Below the pieces are notes generated by a model that was not told the origin of the DNA, did no database searches, and was given only the letters and a program-made list of their open reading frames with translations. Shown here piece by piece: positions 9,740 through 19,829 of a stretch of DNA of 64,000 nucleotides (its first letter is position 1; each line of letters starts with the position of its first letter). This DNA is from Candidatus Omnitrophota bacterium. Lineage in GTDB: Bacteria > Omnitrophota > Gorgyraeia > Gygaellales > Profunditerraquicolaceae. The stretch lies in assembly GCA_029561735.1 (NCBI GenBank), contig JAKQWZ010000019.1, forward strand, positions 19,388 through 83,387. The letters run 5' to 3'. The position numbers were made by a program, and so were the translations under genes.

Positions 9740-10211
9740 CTGCGCCCTCCAGTTTCATCTCAAGGCCTGCCCCTTTCCAATCTTTGCGTAAGGGGTGCTC
9801 GCCTTTTGGCCATCCATCAGGAAGCGGGTATCTTCTTCCTTCAGGCAGGCCATCAACATGAATACCTAAAAGATCTTCCAGCTCTCTCTCATACATCTCG
9901 GCTATCGGAAAATACTGCATGATGCTTTTGATATGAGGTTTTTCGCGGGAAATCTTTACTTTTAGATTAACCATAATTTTACCTTCCGGGCTCATATGAT
10001 AGATCGCGGCAAAATTCTCTACCTCGTCTAAACCGGTAATGCCCGAAAGCATAGCACAGCGCATTTTCTTGATCATGTAATCCAGCACATCGTGAAAACG
10101 CTCAAAAGGCACATCAACAAAAATACGCCTTGCCCTTTTAATCGTTATATTGCCATTCAAAAAATCAAATTTTCTTTCCAGATCGTTCTTAATTGCCTCT
10201 TCCGGGCTCAT
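9732..10211 (-). CDS. NuoC/MbhK/EchD-like 30-kDa subunit
   Basis: 159 aa with ERELEDLLGIHVDGLP, a NuoC-type motif, sitting between the small and large subunit genes. Confidence 0.7.
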   Translation of the reverse strand: MSPEEAIKNDLERKFDFLNGNITIKRARRIFVDVPFERFHDVLDYMIKKMRCAMLSGITGLDEVENFAAIYHMSPEGKIMVNLKVKISREKPHIKSIMQYFPIAEMYERELEDLLGIHVDGLPEGRRYPLPDGWPKGEHPLRKDWKGAGLEMKLEGADA

Positions 10212-10257
10212 ATATTATCCTCCAATAAAATACCATAATTGCCAATAGGGCATTATG

Positions 10258-10704
10258 CTATTTTTTCTTGGGGCTCTCCTCCAAACTGTTAAGCAGCTTC
10301 GTTACCCCGTCAATAAGCGCCTTTGGGCTTGCCGGGCATCCGGGAATATACGCTGACACCGGAATAACCGTATTTATTCCGGCTTTTACATTATAACAGC
10401 CTTTAAAAACCCCTCCTGTGCAGGCACAAGTCCCTACGGCAACAACAAATTTCGGTTCAGGCATCTGTTCATAAATCATTTTCAAACGGGATTCAATCTG
10501 GCGCGTAACCGGTCCGGAACATAAAAGCACATCCGCATGCCGGGGGGTACCTTTAAGCAAGACCCCGAAACGCTCCAGGTCATATGTCGGCGTCAGGCCG
10601 GCAATGATTTCTATATCGCAGGCATTACAAGCCCCGGTATTAAAATGCAATACCCACGGAGATTTACGCCTGCCCCAATTGACTATTTTTGTAATAACCC
10701 CCAT
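10258..10704 (-). CDS. Hydrogenase small subunit / NuoB-like [4Fe-4S] subunit (MbhJ/EchC)
   Basis: CNACDIE...GTCACTGGVF...IPGCPASP cysteine pattern typical of NuoB or group-4 small subunits. Confidence 0.8.
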   Translation of the reverse strand: MGVITKIVNWGRRKSPWVLHFNTGACNACDIEIIAGLTPTYDLERFGVLLKGTPRHADVLLCSGPVTRQIESRLKMIYEQMPEPKFVVAVGTCACTGGVFKGCYNVKAGINTVIPVSAYIPGCPASPKALIDGVTKLLNSLEESPKKK

Positions 10705-11052
10705 TTATTCTCCCTTCTTGCCCAATAAGACAAATAAGCCCGTAACCGCGCCCATAATATAAAAAAGCGCTATAGTAAAGGTATTGACGCTTTCAATAGG
10801 CACGGTAGCAATAACCAGCGCAACCACATGCAGGATAGTAAAGAAAAAAGCAAAAGGAAAAAACTGGCTGTAATCCGGCTGGATCATATGGCCTGTAAAT
10901 TCTTCGCCGCAGGAATAGGCTTTTTTCTCATCAGCGCTCTGGGCGGTCTTTCTCCTGAAAGAAAGCCGCGAAAACAAAAGTGCCGTAAAAAATATCACCA
11001 CAAAAAGTATTGTAAATGCGACTGCCGGGGACAATAGAAAATCTCTGGGCAT
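10705..11052 (-). CDS. Small integral membrane subunit of the hydrogenase/Mrp module
   Basis: 115 aa with three hydrophobic helices, in operon context. Confidence 0.4.
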   Translation of the reverse strand: MPRDFLLSPAVAFTILFVVIFFTALLFSRLSFRRKTAQSADEKKAYSCGEEFTGHMIQPDYSQFFPFAFFFTILHVVALVIATVPIESVNTFTIALFYIMGAVTGLFVLLGKKGE

Positions 11053-11053
11053 A

Positions 11054-11377
11054 TTATCCTTTAAGGTTCTTTAATTTTCTGGTATCAATGGAGTGGTTAT
11101 GCTTATACAGGCACAGGATAACCCCTCCTGCAGCCACCATTATAACTACTTCAATGACAATTAGAGTAATGACTATTGCCTGGGCCAAAGCCTGGCGCCC
11201 GGTTAACTGGCCGCAGACGATTATCAACAGAGTAGCTGCCTTGATCAAGATCTCTACTCCAACCAAAACCCGGATAAGATTAAAAGTCGCCAAAACGCAA
11301 TAAAGCCCGGTTATGAATAAAAGGGCGGCAAATATGCTGTATAACCAAAATACCTGCGATAATTCCGGGGTCATCAT
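11054..11377 (-). CDS. MnhC/MrpC/NuoK-like membrane subunit
   Basis: 107 aa, three TM helices, typical size and hydropathy. Confidence 0.5.
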   Translation of the reverse strand: MMTPELSQVFWLYSIFAALLFITGLYCVLATFNLIRVLVGVEILIKAATLLIIVCGQLTGRQALAQAIVITLIVIEVVIMVAAGGVILCLYKHNHSIDTRKLKNLKG

Positions 11378-11859
11378 TTACGCGGCTCCTTAAATAAAAT
11401 AACCACTGCAAAAGCCCCTGCTAAAAGTATAACAATCTGGCCCAGTAAATCCAAATGCCGCACATTCCAAAGCAACAGGCGCACATCAGTTTCACCTGCG
11501 GCAGCAGGAAGCATCAACGCCGGTATCTTTAACCAGCGTAAAAGCGCTAAACCCGCTACGACTACGATGACGGGCAAAAGAAAAAACCTGATAAAACGTT
11601 CTCTCCTGCGTTCCTGTATCTGCGACTTGGCAATACGCTGAGTAAAACTTATCGTGGTAATAAATATGACCGGGATAAGCCCTGCGCAAACCGATAATTC
11701 AAAAACAGCAGCTACGGGAGAATTCAGCCGGAAGATGATTATTGATAATACCGCGCTGGTCAGCGCCAGCCCGACCACAGAACGCAATAACCGCGTGGTC
11801 ATAACCGTCCACAATGCCGCTGCAAGAAGGCCCAGTAATAATAAAATTTCCATCGCCAT
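11374..11859 (-). CDS. MnhB/MrpB-like membrane subunit
   Basis: 161 aa, polytopic, overlapping neighbours by 4 nt. Confidence 0.45.
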   Translation of the reverse strand: MAMEILLLLGLLAAALWTVMTTRLLRSVVGLALTSAVLSIIIFRLNSPVAAVFELSVCAGLIPVIFITTISFTQRIAKSQIQERRRERFIRFFLLPVIVVVAGLALLRWLKIPALMLPAAAGETDVRLLLWNVRHLDLLGQIVILLAGAFAVVILFKEPRK

Positions 11860-11860
11860 A

Positions 11861-13288
11861 TTATCTTAAAATTTCCTGTATCGGTAAAATTAATTTATCC
11901 AGCACCCAAAAAAAGCCTACTCCTGCTGCCACGGTAATTCCCGCCAGTAATGCCGCCGGAATAGTTATTCCGGCGCCGGCCTCTTTAACAGATTCCAGGC
12001 TTAACGCAAGCTTGCCAAAGAAAACCCTTCGCTGCATAGAAAGAAAATATGCCAGGGTCACCACGCTGAATATGACCGCTATATAAGCATAAGCAAAATT
12101 CCCGGCGCTCCACAAAGCCATTATTATGATCAGCTTGCTCCAGAACCCGGCTAAAGGCGGTATCCCGGCTGTAGATAATAAGGCAATAACCGAAGTGGCC
12201 CCGGTCACAGGCATTTTTTCCGAAAGGCCTCCAAGATTATCCATATGGATTGACCCGGCCTGTTTCTCAACTGCTGCGGCATTGATAAAAAGAAGGGTCT
12301 TGAATATTGTATGGTTAAAAAAATGGAATGCCGCGCCCGCAATAGCCAAAGGAGTTGCGCAGCCCAGGCCTAAAATTATATACCCGACCTGGCTGATACT
12401 TGAATATGCCAGCATACGCTTAAAATCATGCTGGGTCAATGCTGCCAATGCCCCGAAGGCAATAGAAACTGCCCCGGCCAGCATAAGCAGGTTTTGTATC
12501 GCCGGATTTATTCCAAAGACCGAAATCACCAGCCGCATCAATACATAGACGCCGGTGACTTTAGTAATAATGCCTGCCAACAGCACTGATACTGCTGACG
12601 GCGCTGCTGAATACGCATCCGGCAGCCATCCGTGAAACGGCACAAGCCCGGATTTAATAAACAAGCCGCATAAGAAAAGCCCGATTGCCAGCTTGACTAT
12701 CGGATTTCCTGACTGCGCGCACAAACCCGAAGCAACTACTCCGAAATCAGTGTCCCCGCAAACCAGAATTATCAAAGCTATTGAAACCAGCATTAAACAA
12801 GTGGCTATGGAAGACATTACCATATACTTAAATGCCCCTTCCAAAGCCAGGCGGTCTTTCTGTATTGATATAAGCACAAAAGACGATACGGCAACAATCT
12901 CCATAAAGATATACACCGAAAATAAATCCGCGGCCAGGACAGTCGCATTCATCCCTATCACTGCAACCATCAATAAATTAATAAAATTGCTCTTCTGGGA
13001 TTTTTCCCTGAACAGGTTATTTCCTGCCAACAGGGCGGCAAAAGCCGCAACGCCGATAGAAAGAAGCAATAACAGGCTTAGAGGGTCCAGCGACAGTTTA
13101 AAAATAAAAATCCGGCTCAACTGCCTGGCAACCGGATTAATTATGCCGGTTGAGAATAGTAATGCCAGGGCCGACTGGGCTATGAATAAAAAAGCGGACC
13201 AGAACAAAGCCAGCCGGGTAGAATGCTTCCCCGGAATATTGAATACAATCAAACTTAAAAAAGGTATTGAAACAAACAACGACAACAC
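11861..13288 (-). CDS. NuoN/MrpD-like antiporter-type subunit
   Basis: 475 aa, polytopic, with the conserved block WLPDAY..AP found in the NuoL/M/N proton-pumping family. Confidence 0.7.
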   Translation of the reverse strand: MLSLFVSIPFLSLIVFNIPGKHSTRLALFWSAFLFIAQSALALLFSTGIINPVARQLSRIFIFKLSLDPLSLLLLLSIGVAAFAALLAGNNLFREKSQKSNFINLLMVAVIGMNATVLAADLFSVYIFMEIVAVSSFVLISIQKDRLALEGAFKYMVMSSIATCLMLVSIALIILVCGDTDFGVVASGLCAQSGNPIVKLAIGLFLCGLFIKSGLVPFHGWLPDAYSAAPSAVSVLLAGIITKVTGVYVLMRLVISVFGINPAIQNLLMLAGAVSIAFGALAALTQHDFKRMLAYSSISQVGYIILGLGCATPLAIAGAAFHFFNHTIFKTLLFINAAAVEKQAGSIHMDNLGGLSEKMPVTGATSVIALLSTAGIPPLAGFWSKLIIIMALWSAGNFAYAYIAVIFSVVTLAYFLSMQRRVFFGKLALSLESVKEAGAGITIPAALLAGITVAAGVGFFWVLDKLILPIQEILR

Positions 13289-13304
13289 TTTATCTGGCTC
13301 CTTT

Positions 13305-15134
13305 TTATTGCTTCAGCAGAAAAATAACCGCTGCTACACTGGCTAATATTGCCCAAAAAACATATACCGCGTAATACCCGGACTGGAACTGCCGTAGCCT
13401 TAAAGAAGAAAAATGCGCCACCTTAACAATAAGCCCGTCATAAACCCAGTCTATTGCCCGGTCAACCCTCCAAAGCGCTTGAGACCCGGCTACAGCCAGC
13501 TTTAATCCTATGTCATAAGGATCAAACATTCTCTTTTCTGCCCGATCATAGACGCCGATAAGAACCGGAGAATAATGGATATGGTCAACTGCCTTAAGGC
13601 CGCTTCCTCCGATTTTTACCCCTATCACATGGTTGATCAAAGCCGCGATCAAAACTACAATAGTCATAACAATCAGCATTACATTTGACGGCATTCCATA
13701 AAAAACATGGCCTCCCAACTTTTCAGCCCCTAAGACCGGCTGGATCAGAGTTTCCAAGGGCAGGCGGTTATATAACCCGAACAGGACACAAACGCCGGCT
13801 ATTGTAACCATCGGGGCAAGCATAGGCCAGGAGGATTCCTTGACGTTATTGTTTTCCGAACTTATTTTTCCCAGAAACGCGGCATGGCCTAATTTTAAAA
13901 ATGACGCCGCAGTCAAGAAAGAACCGACAAGTGCGGCTAAATAAAATATAACGCCCCTCTCCAAAGCCCCGTCATAAACCAGCTCTTTAGAGAAAAACCC
14001 GTTAAAAGGCGGCACGCCGGAGATCGAAGCCGCTGCAATAATAAAGCAGATAAAAGTTACCGGCATCTTCAATCCTAATCCGCCGAGTTTTTCTAAATTG
14101 GTAGTGCCGGCCTGCTTCTCCACTGAACCGCCTGTCAAAAATAAACAGGATTTATAAAGCGCGTGGTTTATCATATGGAATAATCCGCCGATAATACCGG
14201 CAGGTACGCACGTGCCGATACCCAAGATCATGTATCCGACCTGGCTGATGGCGTGGTAAGAAAGCAGGCGCTTGTAATCTTTCTGGATCAAGGCCATCAT
14301 CACTGCCAGCAGGATTGTCACGCAGCCAATAACCATTAAAAGCATGCTTAAACTGCTTGCCGGGTTTAATTTAAACATATCAAGGCTGATACGGGCCAGA
14401 AAATATATTCCCAAAAGCTTCTCCAAAGAAGCCGGTAAAAACGCCATAAACGGCAGCGGGGCATCATTTGCCGCGTCCGGTATCCAGCTATGAAAAGGCA
14501 TTGCCCCGGCCTTAGCAATCGCGCCGATCATCAGCAGTATAAACGCAATACCGCCCAGTTTTGTTATCGGCAGGCTGATCTGAGAAATATTCAAAGTGCC
14601 TGCCAGATATCCGGTCAATCCTATCCCTGCCATCAAGCACAGGTCGGAAATACCCACTATGATAAAGGCCTTGGTTGCGGTTTTAAACGCGGACTTATTT
14701 CCGATAGCGATCATTCCAAAAAGCGTCAACAATAACCCTTCCCAGAAAAATAACATCAGTATCAGGTTATCCGCAAGCACTGCACCGCTGGTAAGCCCTA
14801 ACGTAATTAACAGGTACGAATAAAACTGCTTATGCGCGGGCTTTTCGCGCATAAAGCTTAAAGAATAAACACAGACGCAGGCAGCGAAGAACGCCGCAGC
14901 CAGCAGGATAAAACCGCTGAACTGATAAATCCTTAATTTAAATTCCATGCCAAACCCCAACCAGGGCATCTGGAAAACCGCATCTGCCTTAAACAAGGCA
15001 ATTGCGCAAGCCAGATTAATAGCCACAGCCAGAATAGACAATGCCTCCCGGGCCCGGCGCCAGGCAGCCGGAGTAACCAAGGCTGCCAAAGCAAAAACAA
15101 CAGGTAAAAGTACAGGTAAAAGTAATAGTTTCAT
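13305..15134 (-). CDS. NuoL/MrpA-like antiporter-type subunit
   Basis: 609 aa, polytopic, with HSWIPDAANDAPLP and HAISQVGYM blocks. Confidence 0.7.
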   Translation of the reverse strand: MKLLLLPVLLPVVFALAALVTPAAWRRAREALSILAVAINLACAIALFKADAVFQMPWLGFGMEFKLRIYQFSGFILLAAAFFAACVCVYSLSFMREKPAHKQFYSYLLITLGLTSGAVLADNLILMLFFWEGLLLTLFGMIAIGNKSAFKTATKAFIIVGISDLCLMAGIGLTGYLAGTLNISQISLPITKLGGIAFILLMIGAIAKAGAMPFHSWIPDAANDAPLPFMAFLPASLEKLLGIYFLARISLDMFKLNPASSLSMLLMVIGCVTILLAVMMALIQKDYKRLLSYHAISQVGYMILGIGTCVPAGIIGGLFHMINHALYKSCLFLTGGSVEKQAGTTNLEKLGGLGLKMPVTFICFIIAAASISGVPPFNGFFSKELVYDGALERGVIFYLAALVGSFLTAASFLKLGHAAFLGKISSENNNVKESSWPMLAPMVTIAGVCVLFGLYNRLPLETLIQPVLGAEKLGGHVFYGMPSNVMLIVMTIVVLIAALINHVIGVKIGGSGLKAVDHIHYSPVLIGVYDRAEKRMFDPYDIGLKLAVAGSQALWRVDRAIDWVYDGLIVKVAHFSSLRLRQFQSGYYAVYVFWAILASVAAVIFLLKQ

Positions 15135-16579
15135 TATTTAAATATCCCCGGCAGCCCTGCGCAGGACAACTGCGCGATTTCATTCGGATAGCGGATAAAT
15201 ATTCCGCCTGCCAATGAAAGAACCGCCAAAAGTGCAACGCTAAAGACCATGACCGGCTCCTTCTCTCCCGGCGCAGAAGTTTTCACTTGGCCTAAAAATA
15301 CCATATTAAAAGCGCGGAACAGGTAAAGAATAGTCAGGAACGCTCCGATAATAAAAATTGCCGCGATTATAAAATGCCTGCCGCCTAAAGTAGCCGCGAT
15401 TACCATGTATTTAGCAAAGAAACCGCCGAACGGAGGGATCCCCATAACTGAAAAAGCACAGAATAAAAATGAAATTGCAGTAACCGGCATTGCCGTAATC
15501 AGTCCTCCGAGCTTGGTGATATCTTTGGTCCGGGTATTTTGTTCAACAATACCGGCGCATAAAAATAATCCGGCTTTGGCCAGGCCGTGCATCAGTATAT
15601 ACAGCAAACCTCCGGCAAAACCCAATTCGCTGCCCATAGAAAGGCCTAAAAATATGAATCCGATCTGGCTGATAGTAGAATACGCTATAATCCTCTTTAA
15701 ATCCGTCTCCACTAACGCAGCCCCTGCGGCAACTAAGGCGCTTATCCCGGCAGCCATAGGTACTGCCGCGTGCCAAAATTGCGTCAAAGGTATTGTAGCT
15801 ACAAAAATCCGGGCAAAAACATAAACGCCGATCTTAACCAGAACTGCTGCGTGCAGCAAAGCCGTAACCGGCGAAGGCGCCACGCCCGCATCCGGCAGCC
15901 ATGTTTGAAACGGCAGGGTCGCTGATTTAGAAAATATTCCTGCCAATATTAAAGCGATCGTAACATTGGACACAGGATGAATACTTATTGCGTCCTTAAT
16001 CACAAAAAGATCATACGAGCCCATTTCCTGTCCCAGCCTGATAAAACCGACCAGCATTAAAAGCGCGCCAAACACAGTGACCATAAAAGCCTTGTCTGCG
16101 CGTAAAACATGCTGTTTTTCCCGGAAGAAACCGATCAGGCGCCAGCTGGTAATCGCGGTAATCTCCCAGAATATATATAGGAATATAAGATTGGCTGAAA
16201 ATACCAGCCCCATCATCGCCCCCAAAAAGAGCACGACCATCAGATAATATTCATTTTGATTTTTGTAATGGCTGATATAGCCGAAGGAATAAAGAATGAT
16301 TACTGCGCTGATAAAAGACGATACTATTGCCATAAAAACCGCCAGCGGATCAGCAATAAAACTGAAATTAAAACCCAGCTGCAGGGCCTTAAAGACATTG
16401 ATAATATCGCCCTTTAAAACAGCGGGCAAGAGCGCTGTTGAGCAGGCAAACGCAGCCAGCGCCAGCAGCAAGGCAAATACATTCCGGGCATTCTGGCGCA
16501 GCTTGCCGATAAACGGCAAGGCAAAAGCCAGGCATAAAGGGATAAAAACCGCCGATAAGATCAGATTTTGATTAGTCAT
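15134..16579 (-). CDS. NuoM/MrpD-like antiporter-type subunit (first gene of the hydrogenase operon)
   Basis: 481 aa, polytopic, with TWLPDAGVAPSPVTALLHAA. Confidence 0.7.
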   Translation of the reverse strand: MTNQNLILSAVFIPLCLAFALPFIGKLRQNARNVFALLLALAAFACSTALLPAVLKGDIINVFKALQLGFNFSFIADPLAVFMAIVSSFISAVIILYSFGYISHYKNQNEYYLMVVLFLGAMMGLVFSANLIFLYIFWEITAITSWRLIGFFREKQHVLRADKAFMVTVFGALLMLVGFIRLGQEMGSYDLFVIKDAISIHPVSNVTIALILAGIFSKSATLPFQTWLPDAGVAPSPVTALLHAAVLVKIGVYVFARIFVATIPLTQFWHAAVPMAAGISALVAAGAALVETDLKRIIAYSTISQIGFIFLGLSMGSELGFAGGLLYILMHGLAKAGLFLCAGIVEQNTRTKDITKLGGLITAMPVTAISFLFCAFSVMGIPPFGGFFAKYMVIAATLGGRHFIIAAIFIIGAFLTILYLFRAFNMVFLGQVKTSAPGEKEPVMVFSVALLAVLSLAGGIFIRYPNEIAQLSCAGLPGIFK

Positions 16580-16707
16580 ATTCAGGCGCTAAAAATAAAA
16601 AAGCCTTCCAGGAAACATATATGCCAGAAGACTTCTGTGTCTTTGACTTGCGTAAATTATTTACGCAGAATTGTAACACTTATTGCTGATATGTCAAAAC
16701 AAAAATT

Positions 16708-17424
16708 CTATTTGCCTTTGATATCTTTCGCCAAAATAATAGCTTCGGCTACTTCGCGCATAGTTTTGCGCTTATCCATGCTTTGTTTCTGGATCAGCCT
16801 GTAGGCCTCAAAAGGCGGGATGTTGGCTTCCTGCGCAAGTATGTCCTTAGCCCGTTCCACCACCTTGCGGGTAACAAGGGCTTCTTCGGCGCTGCGCGCC
16901 TTCAGATCCAGCTCTGCGTTTTCAATGGCTACTGCTGCCTGATTAGCCAAAGCAGTTAAAACCTGTATTTCGTGCCTGGTAAATTCATGTTTTTTGGAAG
17001 TATAGCAGTTAAGCACGCCTATAATCTTACCCTTTACCGCCATGGGCACGCTGGCCAAAGACACCAGGGATTCTTTTTTGGCAATATCGCGGCTGACATA
17101 CCGCTGGTCCTTACGCACATCCAAAACAACTATCGGCTTATTCATTGAAGCAACTTTGCCGGCAATACCTTCGCCTAATTTTATATTTGCTTTTTTATTA
17201 TAAGCTTCGGAAATGGACTGCGTTGCCCTTACCACCAGCTCTTTACTTTCCGGGTCCAAAAGCATAAGCGAGCTGACCTTAGAATTCATTACCTCGGCAG
17301 TTACCTGCACGATAAGGCGCAATAACTCGTCAAGATATAACCCGGAGGTGATCAAATTGGCTATCTTTGAGATAGCCTCAATCTGCTTAAGGTAAGCATC
17401 GTATTTGTGGACTGTCTTTGCCAT
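16708..17424 (-). CDS. GAF-ANTAR RNA-binding antitermination-type regulator
   Basis: N-terminal GAF-like region and C-terminal ANTAR helix pattern (AKDILAQEANIPPFEAYRLIQKQSMDKRKTMREVAEAIIL). Confidence 0.7.
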   Translation of the reverse strand: MAKTVHKYDAYLKQIEAISKIANLITSGLYLDELLRLIVQVTAEVMNSKVSSLMLLDPESKELVVRATQSISEAYNKKANIKLGEGIAGKVASMNKPIVVLDVRKDQRYVSRDIAKKESLVSLASVPMAVKGKIIGVLNCYTSKKHEFTRHEIQVLTALANQAAVAIENAELDLKARSAEEALVTRKVVERAKDILAQEANIPPFEAYRLIQKQSMDKRKTMREVAEAIILAKDIKGK

Positions 17425-18602
17425 TACTTTTTATTCTTTAAAAAAGTTTCAATCCTGCTTATTGCCTCTTTTAAATTGTCCAGGCTGGAGGCATAAGAAA
17501 TCCTGATATAATCTTTGGTGTTTTCGCCAAAAGCTGTCCCCGGGACAATAGCTACTTTCTGCTCCTTAAGCAGTTTCTGGCAAAACTCCATTGAACTCAT
17601 CCCTGTTTTCTTTAGCGTCGCAAAAGCATAAAAAGCGCCCTGCGGCTTGGAACAAACAAGGCCGATGCGGTTTAATTCGCCAATAATATATTCCCTGCGC
17701 CTTTTATATTCCCGTTTCATCTCTTCCACAGAGCGCCTTCCTGCCTGTAAAGCCTCGCAAGCAGCCATTTGGCTGGTTATCGGCACGCACATTATGGAAT
17801 ACTGGTGGATCTTGGTCATAGCCGCAATTATTTCTTTGGGGCCGCAGGCAAAACCTACGCGCCATCCGGTCATAGCATAGCTTTTAGAAAATCCGTTCAA
17901 GTATACTGTATTATTTTTTGCCCCTTTTAGAGACGCAAAACAGGTATGCTCAAAATCATAGGTAAGGTCTGCGTAGACTTCATCCACTATGCAGATCAGG
18001 CCGTGCTTTAACAGGATTTTTTTAATCTCTTCCAGTTCTTTGCGGGTATACGACACACCCGTAGGATTAGCCGGATAGTTCAAAATTATCCCTTTAACTT
18101 TCTTATCAATATGTTTTTCAAGGACGCCGGGCTTTAATTTAAACCCGTCTTTGGATGTATCAATATAAACCGGCTCTCCACCTGCCAATTCGGTCATCGG
18201 GCCGTAAGATACATAGCAAGGCGTGGGTATCAAAATCTTGTCTCCGGGGTTAAGCAGGGCGCGCAAAGCCAGATCCAGCCCTTCACTGACCCCTACGGTA
18301 ATAAGCATCTCCTCGTCCGGGCAATATTCCACGCCGTATTCGGATTTTAAAAAACGGTTCAGGCCCAACCTTAATTTATACAGCCCCTTATTAGATGTAT
18401 ACGAAGTATAACCCTGTTCAAGAGAATAGATCCCTGCCTCGCGGATCTGCCAGGGAGTAACAAAATCCGGCTCTCCTACTCCGAGGGAAATCACCTCTTT
18501 CATCCCCAGGACAAGGTCAAAAAACGCCCTTATCCCAGAAGGCTGCATGTTTTTTACTTTGGTTGAAATAATATTTTTCATCTTCCTAATATGATATTGC
18601 AA
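17424..18602 (-). CDS. Class I/II pyridoxal-phosphate aminotransferase (aspartate/aromatic type)
   Basis: 392 aa with NGFSKSYAMTGWRVG, the Lys-bearing motif of the family. Confidence 0.8.
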   Translation of the reverse strand: MQYHIRKMKNIISTKVKNMQPSGIRAFFDLVLGMKEVISLGVGEPDFVTPWQIREAGIYSLEQGYTSYTSNKGLYKLRLGLNRFLKSEYGVEYCPDEEMLITVGVSEGLDLALRALLNPGDKILIPTPCYVSYGPMTELAGGEPVYIDTSKDGFKLKPGVLEKHIDKKVKGIILNYPANPTGVSYTRKELEEIKKILLKHGLICIVDEVYADLTYDFEHTCFASLKGAKNNTVYLNGFSKSYAMTGWRVGFACGPKEIIAAMTKIHQYSIMCVPITSQMAACEALQAGRRSVEEMKREYKRRREYIIGELNRIGLVCSKPQGAFYAFATLKKTGMSSMEFCQKLLKEQKVAIVPGTAFGENTKDYIRISYASSLDNLKEAISRIETFLKNKK

Positions 18603-19071
18603 TCCTCTTATTCTCTTCTCTATGTTTAAGCACTACTCCGTCTTCCTTATATTTTTTGAGCAGAAAATGCGTTGCCGTACCCCTGATATTCTCCAGAGGC
18701 GCTAACTTTTCCGAAACAAATCCGGCTACCGAATGCAGGTCCTTGCCTTCAACTATCAAAAGCAGGTCATACGTGCCTGAAATCAGGTAACAGCTGGTAA
18801 CTTCAGGAAAAGAATATATCCTTTCAGCTATTTTCTCAAAACCAAGGTCTTTTTGCGGAGTAATATTGACTTCAATCAAGGCCCGGACGCGGGAACCGGC
18901 ATCTTTTATTAATTCCTTGTTAATCATAGCCTTATAGCCTAAGATAACCCCTTCTTTTTCATATTTCTTGATTGCCTGTTTAATGTTTTCAGGCTTTTTC
19001 TTAAGCATTTTAGCTATATCCTGGGCAGTTGCGCAACCGTCTTTCTCCAGAATCTCAAGTATCTCGTCCAT
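18586..19071 (-). CDS. Lrp/AsnC family transcriptional regulator
   Basis: 161 aa with an N-terminal HTH (ILEILEKDGCATAQDIAKML) and a C-terminal RAM/AsnC_trans region. Overlaps the aminotransferase gene by 17 nt. Confidence 0.7.
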   Translation of the reverse strand: MDEILEILEKDGCATAQDIAKMLKKKPENIKQAIKKYEKEGVILGYKAMINKELIKDAGSRVRALIEVNITPQKDLGFEKIAERIYSFPEVTSCYLISGTYDLLLIVEGKDLHSVAGFVSEKLAPLENIRGTATHFLLKKYKEDGVVLKHREENKRIAISY

Positions 19072-19153
19072 TTTGCCTCCTGTTTATAGTGGATTATAAG
19101 ACATTCAATGATAACACACTCATTGGCAAGGGTCAAGGCTATCTTAGGCGGGA

Positions 19154-19819
19154 TTAAGCCAGGCTTTCGGGGTGGTGTTTGACTACTTTAGCCTCAACCA
19201 TATAAATGACATCTTCGGCTATATTAGTTGTATGATCGCAGATGCGCTCAAGATAGCGGGCAATCAGCAATAAGGCCACTGCCCTTTCGGCGCTTTTACT
19301 GTCTTTCTTCAGCAATTCAACCAATTCATCCACAATCATATTGCGCAATTTGTCAGCTTCAGGGTCAGTGAGCATGACCTTTCTGGCTAAATCCGCGTCT
19401 TTCTTGATAAACGCTTCAATTGAATCCCGGACCATATTCTGGGCTATTCCGGAGAGTTTCGGGATATCAATCAGGGGTTTAAGCAGCGGTTTATCCGCAA
19501 TTTCCAATACCCGCTGGCAGATATCCACGGAAATATCGGCAATGCGCTCCAGTTCCGCATTTATCTTCATTCCGGTGGTGATAAAACGCAAATCTCCTGC
19601 CATAGGCTGATACCGGGCAATAAGGTCAATACAACGCTCATCAATCAAAAGTTCCAGCTCGTCTATTTTATCGTCATTATCTATTACTGCCTGCGCCTGG
19701 GCCTTATCCCTGTTTTTCAGGGATTCAATTGATTTATAAATCGCTTCTTCAGTCATCACCCCGATCTTGAGGATGTCTTTGTGAAGTTCCTGCAATGCTT
19801 CGTCAAAATGCCTTTCCAT
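19154..19819 (-). CDS. phoU: Phosphate signalling regulator PhoU
   Basis: Two PhoU repeats. Start chosen at the internal ATG (19817-19819), which is preceded by GGGAGG and gives ~221 aa. The longer ORF start would overlap pstB. Confidence 0.8.
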   Translation of the reverse strand: MERHFDEALQELHKDILKIGVMTEEAIYKSIESLKNRDKAQAQAVIDNDDKIDELELLIDERCIDLIARYQPMAGDLRFITTGMKINAELERIADISVDICQRVLEIADKPLLKPLIDIPKLSGIAQNMVRDSIEAFIKKDADLARKVMLTDPEADKLRNMIVDELVELLKKDSKSAERAVALLLIARYLERICDHTTNIAEDVIYMVEAKVVKHHPESLA

Positions 19820-19829
19820 GGGGCCTCCC

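Noticed and set aside
16580-16707. Confident call of an ANTAR dual-hairpin antiterminator in the hydrogenase leader
   Set aside because: Two small hairpins exist, but their loops do not match the A1/G4 hexaloop consensus well. No strong GC hairpin precedes the U-run. Kept only as a hypothesis in the findings.
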